This document shows positions 1 through 12,700 of a DNA stretch of 64,000 nucleotides, one piece after another (positions within the stretch are counted from its first letter, which is position 1; the number at the start of each line of letters is the position of its first letter). Both the position numbers and the translations under genes were made by a program. Below the pieces are notes generated by a model, which saw only the letters and a program-made list of their open reading frames with translations, searched no databases and was not told where the DNA came from. This DNA comes from the human T2T-CHM13v2.0 reference genome, Homo sapiens: assembly GCF_009914755.1 (NCBI RefSeq), contig NC_060933.1, one strand, 5' to 3'.

Positions 1-3000
1 AATGCAAAGGAATGGAATCAACCCGAGTGGAATGGCATGGAATGGAATGCAATGGATTGGAATGGAATGGAATCAACTCGAGTGGAAAGGAATGGAATGG
101 AATGGAATGGAAAGGAATGGAATGAAGTCAACTCGAGTGGAATGGAGTGGAAAGTAATGGAATGGAATGGATTGGAATGGATTGCAATGGAATGAAATGG
201 AATGGAATGGAATGGAATCAATCATTCCGAGTGGAATGGAAGGGAATGTAATGGAGTGGAAAGAAGGGAATGGAATCAACCCGAGTGGAATGCAAGGCAA
301 TGGAATGGAATGGAAAGGAATGGAATGGAATCAACTCGATTGCAATGGAATGGAATGGAATGGAATGGAACGGAATGGAATCAACACGAGTGCAGGGGAA
401 TGGAATGGAATGGAATGCAATGGAATGGAATAATCCGGAATGGAATGGAACGGAATGGAATCAACTCCATTGCAATGGAATGGAATGGAATGGAATGGAA
501 TAGAACGGCATGGAATTAACCCGAATAGAATGGAATGCAATAGAATGGAATGCAACGGAACCGAATGGAGTGGAATGGAATGGAATATAATCAACCCGAG
601 TACAGGGGAATGGAATGGAATGGAATGCAATGGAATGGAGTCATCCATAATGGAATGGAAAGAATGGAATGGAATGGAATGGTATGGAATGGAATGGAAT
701 GGAATCAACTCGATGGCAATCGAATGGAATGCAATGGAATTAACCCGAATAGAATGGAATGGAATGGAATGGAACGGAACGGAATGGAATGGAATGGAAT
801 GGAACGGAACGGAATGGAATGGAATGGAATGGAATGGAATCAACGCGAGTGCAGGGGAATGGAATGGAATGGAATGGAATGGAATAAACCCGAGTGCAAT
901 GGAATGGAGTGGAATGGAATGGAGTGGAATGGAACAGCCCGAATGGAATGGAATGGAATGGAGAGTAAGGGAGTTGAATAGAATCAATCCGAATGTAATA
1001 GAATGGAATGAAACGGAATGGAATGGAATGGAATGGAATGGAATGCAATGGAATGGAATCAACCCGAGTGCAATCGAATGGAATCGAATGGAATGGAATG
1101 CAATGGAATGGATTCAACTTGAATGGAATGGAAAGAATGGAATCAACACGAGTGGAAGGGCATGGATTGGAATGCAATGGAATGGAATCAACCCGAGTAC
1201 AGGGGAATGGAATGGAATGGAATGCAATGGAATGGAATCATCCGTAATGGAATGGAAAGGAATGGAATGGAATGGAATGGAATGGAATGGAATGGAATGG
1301 AATGGAATCAACACGATTGCCATCGAATGGAATGGAATGGAATTAACCCGAATAGAATGGAATGGAATGGAATGGAACGGAACGGAATGGAATGGAATAG
1401 AATCAACCCGAGTGCAGGGGAATGGAATGGAATGGAATGCAATGGAATGGAATGGAATGGAATGGAATCGTTCCGAGTGGAATAGGATGGAATGTATTCG
1501 AGTGGAATGGAAAGGAATGGAATCAACCAGAGTGGAATGGAAGGGAATGGAATGGAATGGAATCTAATAGAATGGAATCAACCCGAGTGGAATGGAATGG
1601 AAAGGACTGGAATGGAATGGAATGGAATGGAATGGAAGGGAATCAACTCGATTGTAATGGAATGGAATGGAATGGAATGGAATGGAATGGAATGGAATGG
1701 AATTAACCCGAATACAATGGAATGGAATGGAATGGAACGGAATGGAGTGGAATGGAATGGAATCAACCCGAGTGCAGGGGAAAGGAATGGAATGGAATGC
1801 AATGGAATGGAATCATCCAGAATGGAATGGAATGGAATGGAATGCAAAGCAATGGAATCAACTCGATTGCAATGGAATGGAATGGAATGGAAAGGAATAC
1901 AATGGAATCAACCCGAGTGTAATGGAATGGAAAGGACTGGAATAGAGTGGAATGGAATGGAATGGAAAGGAATGGAATCAACTCGATTGTAATGGAATGG
2001 AATGGAATGGAATGGAATTAACCCGAATAGAATGGAATGGAATGGAATGGAACGGAATGGAATGGAATGGAATGGAATGGAATGGAATGGAATCAACCCG
2101 ACTGCAGGGGAATGGAATGGAATGGAATGGAATGGAATGGAATGGAATCATCCGGAACGGAATGGAATGGAATGGAATGGAATCAACTCGATTGCAATGG
2201 AATGGAATGGAATGGAATGGAATCGAATGGAATGGAGTGGAATTAACAGGAAGAGAATGGAATGGAATGGAATGGAACGGAATGAAATGGAAGGGAAAGC
2301 AATGGAATGGAATGGAATCAACCCGAGTGCAGGGGAATGGAATGGAATGGAATGCAATGGAATGGAATCATCCGGAATGGAATGGAATGGAATGGAATGC
2401 AATCAACCTGATGCAATGGAATGGAATGGAATGGAATGGAATGGAATGGAAACATCCCGAATGGAATGGAATGTAATGGAGTGTAAGGGAATTGAATAGA
2501 ATCAATCCGAATGTAATGTAATGGAATGGAATGAAATGGAATGGAATGGAATGGAATGGAATGGAATCAACCCGAGTGCAATGGAATGGATTCGAATGGA
2601 ATGGAATGGAATGGAATGGATTCAACAAGAATGGAATGGAAAGGAATGGAATCAACCCGAGTGTAATGGCATGGAATGGAACGGAATGGAATGGGATGGA
2701 ATGGAATGGAATGCAATGGAATGGAATCAACCCGAGTGCAATGGAATGGAGAGGAATGCAATGGAATGGAATGGAAACTACCCGAATGGAATGGAATGTA
2801 ATGGAGTGTAAGTGAATTGAATAGAATCAATCCGAATGTAATGGAATGGAATGGAACGGAATGGAATGGAATGGAGTGGAATGGAATGGAATGGAATGGA
2901 ATGCAATGGAATGGAATCAACCCGAGTGCAATCGAATGGAACCGAATGGAATGGAATGCAATGGAATGGATTCAACTTGAATGGAATAGAAAGAATGGAA

Positions 3001-3361
3001 TCAACACGAGTGGAATGGCATGGATTGGAATGGAATGGAATGGAATCAACCCGAGTACAGGGGAATGGAATGGAATGGAATGCAATGGAATGGAATCATC
3101 CGTAATGGAATGGAAAGGAATGGAATGGAATGGAATGGAATGGAATGGAATGGAATGGAATCAACTCGATTGCAATCGAATGGAATGGAATGGAATCAAC
3201 CCGAATACAATGGAATGGAATGGAATGGAACGGAACGGAATGGAATGGAATGGAATGGAATGGAATGGAACGGAAAGGAAGGGAATGGAATGGAATAGAA
3301 TGGAATGGAATGGAATCAACGCGAGTGCAGGATAACGGAATGGAATGCAATGCAATGGAAT

Positions 3362-3376
3362 GGAATCTTCCGGAAT
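3362..3376. promoter_or_regulatory. Perfect three-unit heat-shock element GGAAT-CTTCC-GGAAT (first of ~46 in the window)
   Basis: Seen: gGAAt cTTCc gGAAt equals the nGAAnnTTCnnGAAn HSF trimer consensus. Established: HSF1 binds chr9q12 SatIII in nuclear stress bodies. Occupancy of this particular site is inference. Confidence 0.6.
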
Positions 3377-3790
3377 GGAATGGAATGGAATGGAATGGAA
3401 TGGAATGGAATGGAATGGAATCAACCCTAGTGCAATGGAATGGAGTGGAATGGAATGGAATGGAATGGAACAACCCGAATGGAATGGAATGTAATGGAGA
3501 GTAAGGGAGTTGAATAGAATCAATCCGAATGTAATGGAATGGAATGGAACGGAATGGAATTGAATGGAATGGAATGGAATGCAATGGAATGGAATCAACC
3601 CGAGTGCAATGGAATGGAGAGGAATGGAAAGGAATGGAATGGAAACTACCCGAATGGAATGGAATGTAATGGAGTGTAAGGGAATTGAATAGAATCAATC
3701 CGAATGTAATGGAATGGAATGGAACAGAATGGAATGGAATGGAATGGAATGGAATGGAATGGAATGGAATGGAATACAATGGAATGGAAT

Positions 3791-3934
3791 CAACCCGAGT
3801 GCAATCGAATGGAATCGAATGGAATGGAATGCAATGGAATGGATTCAACTTGAATGGAATGGAAAGAATGGAATCAACACGAGTGGAATGGCATGGATTG
3901 GAATGGAATGGAATGGAATCAACCCGAGTACAGG
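3791..3934 (+). repeat. pHuR98-like SatIII block (representative of ~43 copies), suggesting the chr9q12 HSat3B5 subfamily
   Basis: Seen: CAACCCGAGTGCAATCGAATGGAATCGAAT...GGATTCAACTTGAATGGAATGGAAAGAATGGAATCAACACGAGTGGAATGGCATGGATTGG...CAACCCGAGTACAGG. Its CAACTTGAAT core recurs at ~1115, 2973, 3846, 5864 ... 60728, 62609. The match to the chr9 probe is from memory, not from an alignment. Confidence 0.7.
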
Positions 3935-4219
3935 GGAATGGAATGGAATGGAATGCAATGGAATGGAATCATCCGTAATGGAATGGAAAGGAATGGAATT
4001 GAATGGAATGGAATGGAATGGAATGGAAAGGAATGGAATCAACTCGATTGCAATCGAATGGAATGGAATGGAATTAACCCGAATAGAATGGAATGGAATG
4101 GAATGGAACGGAACGGAATAGAATGGAATGGAATGGAACGGAACGGAATGGAATGGTATGGAATGGAATGGAATCAACGCGAGTGCAGGGGAATGGAATG
4201 GAATGGAATGCAATGGAAT

Positions 4220-4234
4220 GGAAACTTCCGGAAT
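4220..4234. promoter_or_regulatory. HSE variant GGAAA-CTTCC-GGAAT containing the ETS consensus CCGGAAGT on the minus strand (first of ~17)
   Basis: Seen: ACTTCCGG at 4224-4231 is the reverse complement of CCGGAAGT (GABPA/ELK-class consensus). This is a motif match only; there are no binding data. Confidence 0.45.
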
Positions 4235-6730
4235 GGAATGGAATGGAATGAAATGCAATGGATTCAACTCGATTGCAATGGAATGGAATAGAATGGAATG
4301 GAATGGAATTAATCCGAATAGGATGGAATGGAATGGAATAGAACGGAATGGAACGGAATGGAATGGAATGGAATGGAATGGAATGGTATGGAATGGAATG
4401 GAATGGTACGGAATAGAATTGAATGGAACGAAATGTAATGGAATGGAATTGAATGGAATGGAATGGAATGGAATGGAATCAACGCGAGTGCAGGGGAATG
4501 TAACGGAACGGAATGCAATGGAATGGAATCATGCGGAATGGAATGGAATGGAATGGAATGGAATGGAATAAACCCGAGTGCAATGGAATGGAGTGGAATG
4601 GAATGGAATGGAATGGAACAACCCGAATGGAATGGAATGTAATGGAGAGTAAGGGAGTTGAATAGAATCAATCCGAATGTAATGGAATGGAATGCAACGG
4701 AATGGAATGTAATGGAATGGAATGGAATGCAATGGAATGGAATCAACCCGAGTACAATGGAATGGAATGGAATGGAATGGAATGGAATGGAATGGAATGG
4801 AATGGAATGGAATGATACGGAATAGAATGGAATGGAACGAAATGGAATGGAATGGAATGGAATGGAATGGAAAGGAATGGAATCGTTCCGAGTGGAATAG
4901 GAGGGAATGTATTCGAGTGGAATGGAAAGGAATGGAATCAACCAGAGTGGAATGGAATGGAATGGAAACTAATAGAATGGAATCAACCCGAGTGGAATAG
5001 AATGGAAAGGACTGGAATGGAATGGAATGGAATGGAATCAACTCGTTTGTAATGGAATGGAATGGAATGGAATGGAATGGAATGGAATGGAATGGAATTA
5101 ACCCGAATACAATGGAAGAGAATGGAATGGAATGGAAAATAATAGAATGGAATCAACCCGAGTGGAACGGAATGGAAAGGACTGGAATGGAATGGAATGG
5201 AATGGAATCAACTCGATTGTAATGGAATGGAATGGAATGGAATGGAATGGAATGGAATTAACCCGAATACAATGGAATGGAATGGAATGGAATGGAATGG
5301 AGTGGAATGGAATGGAATCAACCCGAGTGCAGGGGAATGGAATGGAATGGAATGCAATGGAATGGAATCATCCGGAATGGAATGGAATGGAATGGAATGC
5401 AAAACAATGGAATCATCTCGATTACAATGGAATGGAATGGAATAGAATGGAATGGAATTAACACGAATAGAATGGAATGGAATGGAATTGAATGGAACAG
5501 AAAGGAATGGAATGGAATGGAGTGGAATCAACCCAAGTGCAGGGGAATGGAATGGAATGGAATTCAATGGAATGGAGTCATCCGGAATGGAATGGAATGG
5601 AATGGAATGGAATGGAATGGAATGGAATGGAATCAACCCGAGTGCAATGGAATGGAGAGGAATGGAATGGAATGGAATGGAAACTACAAGAATCGAATCG
5701 ATTGTAATGGAGTGTAAGGGAATTGAATAGAATGAATCCGAATGGAATGGAATGGAAAGGAATGGAATGGAATGGAATGGAATGGAATGGAATGCAATGC
5801 CATGGAATCAACCCGAGTGCAATCGAATGGAATCGAATGGAATGGAATGCAATGGAATGGATTCAACTTGAATGGAATGGAAAGAATGGAATCAACACGA
5901 GTGGAATGGCTTGGATTGGAATGGAATGGAATGGAATCAACCCGAGTACAGGGGAATGGAATGGAATGGAATGAAATGGAATGGAATCATCCGTAATGTA
6001 ATGGAAAGGAATGGAATGGAATGGAATGGAATGGAATCAACTCTATTGCAAACGAATGGAATGGAATGGAATTAACCCGAATAGAATAAAATGGAATGGA
6101 ATGGAATGGAAAGGAGCGGAACGGAATGGAATGGAATGGAATGGAATGCAATGGAATGGAATGGAATGGAATGGAATGCAATGGAATCAACTGATTGCAA
6201 TGGAATGGAATGGAATGGAATGGAATGGAATGGAATGGAATTAACCCGAATAGAATGGAATGGAATTAAATGGAACGGAACGGAATGGAATGGAATGGAA
6301 TGGAATGGAATGGAATGGAATGGAATGGAATCAACCCGACTGCAGGGGAATGGAATGGAATGGAATGCAATGGAATGGATTCAACTTGAATGGAATGGAA
6401 TGAATGGAATCAACACGAGTGGAATGGCATGGATTGGAATGGAATGGAATGGAATCAACCCGAGTACAGGGGAATGGAATGGAATGGAATGCAATGGAAT
6501 GGAATCATCCGTAATGGAATGGAAAGGAATGGAATGGAATGGAGTGGAATGGAATGGGATGGAATCAACTCGATTGCAATCGAATGGAATGGAATGGAAT
6601 TAACCCGAATAGAATGGAATGGAATGGAATGGAACGGAACGGAACGGAACGGAATGGAATGGAATGGAATGGAATGGAACGGAAAGGAATGGAATGGAAC
6701 GGAATGGAATGGAATGGAATGGAATGGAAT

Positions 6731-9700
6731 CAACTCGATTGCAATCGAATGGAATGGAATGGAATTAACCCGAATAGAATGGAATGGAATGGAATGGAAC
6801 GGAACGGAATGGAATGCAATGGAATGGAACGGAACGGAATGGAATGGAATGGAATGGAATGGAATCAACGCGAGTGCAGGGGAATGGAATGGAATGGAAT
6901 GCAATGGAATGGAAACTTCCGGAATGGAATGGAATGGAATGCAATGGAATGGAATGAAATGCAATGGATTCAACTCGATTGCAATGGAATGGAATAGAAT
7001 GGAATGAAATGGAATGGAATGCAATTAATCCGAATAGAATGGAATGGAATGGAATGGAACGGAATGGAACGGAATGGAGTGAAATGGAATGGAATGGAAT
7101 GGTATGGAATGGAATGGAATGGAATGGAATGGTATGGAATGGAATGGAATGGTACAGAATAGAATGGAATGGAACGAATTGTAATGGAATGGAATTGAAT
7201 GGAATGGAATGGAATGGAATGGAATGGAATGGAATCAACGCGAGGGCAGGGGAATGTAATGGAACGGAATGCAATGGAATGGAATCATACGGAATGGAAT
7301 GGAATGGAATGGAATGGAATGGAATGGAATGGAATCAACCCGAGTGCAATGGAATGGAGTGGAATGGAATGGAATGGAATGGAACAACCCGAATGGAATG
7401 GAATGTAATGGAGAGTAAGGGAGTTGAATAGAATCAATCCGAATGTAATGGAATGGAATGCAACGGAATGGAATGGAATGGAATGGAATGGAATGCAATG
7501 GAATGGAATCAACCCGAGTAAAATGGAATGGAATGGAATGGAATGGAATGGAATGGAATGGAATGGAATGGAATGGAATGGAATGGAATGATACGGAATA
7601 GAATGGAATGGAACGAAATGGAATTGAATGGAAAGGAATGGAATGGAATGGAATGGAATGGAATGGAATGGAATCAACTCGATTGCAATCGAATGGAATG
7701 GAATGGAATTAACCCGAATAGAATGGAATGGAATGGAATGGAACGGAACGGAATGGAATGGAATGGAATGGAATGGAACGGAAAGGAAGGGAATGGAATG
7801 GAATAGAATGGAATGGAATGGAATCAACGCGAGTGCAGGGGAATGTAATGGAACGGAATGCAATGGAATGGAATCTTCCGGAATGGAATGGAATTTAATG
7901 GAATGGAATGGAATGGAATCAACCAGAGTGCAATGGAATGGAGTGGAATGGAATGGAATGGAATGGAACAACCCGAATGGAATGGAATGTAATGGAGAGT
8001 AAGGGAGTTGAATAGAATCAATCCGAATGTAATGGAATGGAATGGAACGGAATGGAATGGAATGGAATGGAATGGAATGCAATGGAATGGAATCAACCCG
8101 AGTTCAATGAAATGGAGAGGAATGGAATGGAATGGAATGGAAACTACCCGAATGGAATGGAATGTAATGGAGTGTAAGGGAATTGAATAGAATCAATCCG
8201 AATGTAATGGAATGGAATGGAACGGAATGGAATGGAATGGAATGGAATGGAATGGAATGCAATGGAATGGAATCAACCCGAGTGCAATCAAATGGAATCA
8301 AATGGAATGGAATGCAATGGAATGGATTCAACTTGAATGGAATGGAAAGAATGGAATCAACACGAGTGGAATGACATGGATTGGAATGAAATGGAATGGA
8401 ATCAACCCGAGTACAGGGGAATGGAATGGAATGGAATGCAATGGAATGGAATCATCTGTAATGGAATGGAAAGGAACGGAATGGAATGGAATGGAATGGA
8501 ATGGAATGGAATGGAATCAACTCGATTGCAATCGAATGGAATGGAATGGAATTAACCCGAATAGAATGGAATGGAATGGAATGGAACGGAACGGAATGGA
8601 ATGGAATGGAATGGAATGGAACGGAAAGGAAAGGAATGGAATGGAATAGAATTGAATGGAATGGAATCAACGCGAGTGCAGGGGAATGTAATGGAACGGA
8701 ATGCAATGGAATGGAATCTTCCGGAATGGAATGGAATGGAATGGAATGGAATGGAATGGAATCAACCCGAGTGCAATGGAATGGAGTGGAATGGAATGGA
8801 ATGGAATGGAACAACCCGAATGGAATGGAATGTAATGGAGAGTAAGGGAGTTGAATAGAATCTATCCGAATGTAATGGAATGGAATGGAACGGAATGGAA
8901 TTGAATGGAATGGAATGGAATGCAATGGAATGGAATCAACCCGAGTGCAATGGAATGGAGAGGAATGGAATGGAATGGAATGGAAACTACCCGAATGGAA
9001 TGGAATGTAATGGAGTGTAAGGGAATTGAATAGAATCAATCCGAATGGAATGGAATGGAATGGAACGGAATGGAATTGAATGGTATGGAATGGAATGCAA
9101 TGGAATGGAATGCAATGGAATGGAATCAACCCGAGTGCAATCGAATGGAATCGAATGGAATGGAATGCAATGGAATGGAATCAACTTGAATGGAATGGAA
9201 AGAATGGAATCAACACGAGTGGAATGGCATGGATTGGAATGGAATGGAATGGAATCAACCCGAGTACAGGGGAATGGAATGGAATGGAATGCAATGGAAT
9301 GGAATCATCCGTAATGGAATGGAAAGTAATGGAATGGAATGGAATGGAATGGAATGGAATGGAATGGAATGGAATGGAATGGAATCAAGTCGATTGCAAT
9401 CGAATGGAATGGAATGGAATTAACCCGAATAGAATGGAATGGAATGGAATGGAACGGAACGGAATGGAATGCAATGGAATGGAACGGAACGGAATGGAAT
9501 GGCATGGAATGGAATGGAATCAACGCGAGTGCAGGGGAATGGAATGGAATGGAATGCAATGGAATGGAAACTTCCGGAATGGAATGGAATGGAATGGAAT
9601 GGAATGAAATGCAATGGATTCAACTCGATTGCAATGGAATGGAATAGAATGGAATGAAATGGAATGGAATGCAATTAATCCGAATAGAGTGGAATGGAAT

Positions 9701-12700
9701 GGAATGGAACGGAATGGAACGGAATGGAATGGAATGGAATGGAATGGAATGGTATGGAATGGAATGGAATGGAATGGAATGGTATGGAATGGAATGGAAT
9801 GGTACGGAATAGAATGGAATGGAACGAATTGTAATGGAATGGAATTGAATGGAATGGAATGGAATGGAATGGAATGGAATCAACGCGAGTGCAGGGGAAT
9901 GTAATGGAACGGAATGCAATGGAATGGAATCATCCGGAATGGAATGGAATGAAATGGAATGGAATGGAATGGAATGGAATGGAATCAACCCGAGTGCAAT
10001 GGAATGGAGTGGAATGGAATGGAATGGAATGGAACAACCCGAATGGAATGGAATGTAATGGAGAGTAAGGGAGTTGAATAGAATCAATCCGAATGTAATG
10101 GAATGGAATGCAACGGAATGGAATGGAATGGAATGGAATGGAATGCAATGGAATGGAATCAACCCGAGTACAATGGAATGGAATGGAATGGAATGGAATG
10201 GAATGGAATGGAATGGAATGGAATGATACGGAATAGAATGGAATGGAACGAAATGGAATTGAATGGAAAGGAATTGAATGGAATGGAATGGAATCGTTCC
10301 GACTGGAATAGAAGGGAAAGTATTCGAGAGGAATGGAAAGGAATGGAATCAAACAGAGTGGAATGGAAGGGAATGGAATGGAATGGAAACTAATAGAATG
10401 GAATCAACCCGAGTGGAATGGAATGGAAAGGACTGGAATGGAATGGAATGGAATGGAATCAACTCGTTTGTAATGGAATGGAATGGAATGGAATGGAATG
10501 GAATGGAATGGAATGGAATGGAATTAACCCGAATACAATGGAAGGGAATGGAATGGAATGGAAACTAATAGAATGGAATCAACCCGAGTGGAATGGAATG
10601 GAAAGGACTGGAATGGAATGGAATGGAATGGAATCAACTCGATTGTAATGGAATGGAATGGAATGGAATGGAATGGAATGGAATGGAATTAACCCGAATA
10701 CAATGGAATGGAATGGAATGGAATGGAATGGAGTGGAATGGAATGGAATCAACTCGATTGTAATGGAATGGAATGGAATGGAATGGAATGGAATGGAATG
10801 GAATTAACCCGAATACAATTGAATGGAATGGAATGGAATGGAATGGAGTGGAATGGAATTGAATGGAATGGAATGGAATGCAATGGAATGGAATCAACCC
10901 GAGTGCAATGGAATGGAGAGGAATGGAATGGAATGGAATGGAAACTACCCGAATGGAATGGAATGTAATGGAGTGTAAGGGAATTGAATAGAATCAATCC
11001 GAATGTAATGGAATGGAATGGAACGGAATGGAATGGAATGGAATGGAATGGAATGGAATGGAATGCAATGGAATGGAATCAACCCGAGTGCAATCGAATG
11101 GAATCGAATGGAATGGAATGCAATGGAATGGAATCAACTTGAATGGAATGGAAAGAATGGAATCAACACGAGTGGAATGGCATGGATTGGAATGGAATGG
11201 AATGGAATCAACCCGAGTACAGGGGAATGGAATGGAATGGAATGCAATGGAATGGAATCATCCGTAATGGAATGGAAAGGAATGGAATGGAATGGAATGG
11301 AATGGAATGGAATGGAATGGAATCAACTCGATTGCAATCGAATGGAATGGAATGGAATTAACCCGAATAGAATGGAATGGAATGGAATGGAACGGAACGG
11401 AATGGAATGCAATGGAATGGAACGGAACGGAATGGAATGGAATGGAATGGAATGGAATCAACGCGAGTGCAGGGGAATGGAATGGAATGGAATGCAATGG
11501 AATGGAAACTTCCGGAATGGAATGGAATGGAATGCAATGGAATGGAATGAAATGCAATGGATTCAACTCGATTGCAATGGAATGGAATAGAATGGAATGA
11601 AATGGAATGGAATGCAATTAATCCGAATAGAATGGAATGGAATGGAATGGAACGGAATGGAACGGAATGGAGTGAAATGGAATGGAATGGAATGGTATGG
11701 AATGGAATGGAATGGAATGGAATGGTATGGAATGGAATGGAATGGTACAGAATAGAATGGAATGGAACGAATTGTAATGGAATGGAATTGAATGGAATGG
11801 AATGGAATGGAATGGAATGGAATCAACGCGAGGGCAGGGGAATGTAATGGAACGGAATGCAATGGAATGGAATCATCCGGAATGGAATGGAATGGAATGG
11901 AATGGAATGGAATGGAATGGAATGGAATCAACCCGAGTGCAATGGAATGGAGTGGAATGGAATGGAATGGAATGGAACAACCCGAATGGAATGGAATGTA
12001 ATGGAGAGTAAGGGAGTTGAATAGAATCAATCCGAATGTAATGGAATGGAATGCAACGGAATGGAATGGAATGGAATGGAATGGAATGCAATGGAATGGA
12101 ATCAACCCGAGTAAAATGGAATGGAATGGAATGGAATGGAATGGAATGGAATGGAATGGAATGGAATGGAATGGAATGATACGGAATAGAATGGAATGGA
12201 ACGAAATGGAATTGAATGGAAAGGAATGGAATGGAATGGAATGGAATGGAATGGAATGGAATGGAATGGAATGGAATCAACTCGATTGCAATCGAATGGA
12301 ATGGAATGGAATTAACCCGAATAGAATGGAATGGAATGGAATGGAACGGAACGGAATGGAATGGAATGGAATGGAATGGAACGGAAAGGAAGGGAATGGA
12401 ATGGAATAGAATGGAATGGAATGGAATCAACGCGAGTGCAGGGGAATGTAATGGAACGGAATGCAATGGAATGGAATCTTCCGGAATGGAATGGAATGGA
12501 ATGGAATGGAATGGAATGGAATCAACCCGAGTGCAATGGAATGGAGTGGAATGGAATGGAATGGAATGGAACAACCCGAATGGAATGGAATGTAATGGAG
12601 AGTAAGGGAGTTGAATAGAATCTATCCGAATGTAATGGAATGGAATGGAACGGAATGGAATTGAATGGAATGGAATGGAATGCAATGGAATGGAATCAAC

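Noticed and set aside
391-400. G-quadruplex potential at GCAGGGG blocks, or EWS-FLI1-type GGAA microsatellite
   Set aside because: Tracts of three or more G are isolated and far apart. The repeat unit is GGAAT, not the contiguous (GGAA)n required for EWS-FLI1 enhancers.
961-1000. GAGAGTAAGGGAGTTGAATAG as a splice donor (GTAAG) or promoter remnant
   Set aside because: It stays in 5-bp register as diverged pentamers (GGAGA GTAAG GGAGT TGAAT AGAAT). The purine-rich strand has no polypyrimidine acceptor, so there is no supportable exon structure.
1464-1482. GGAATCGTTCCGAGT and AGAATCATTCCGAAT as additional HSEs
   Set aside because: The TTC is out of phase with the flanking GAA units (not nGAAnnTTCnnGAAn), so these were excluded from the HSE count.
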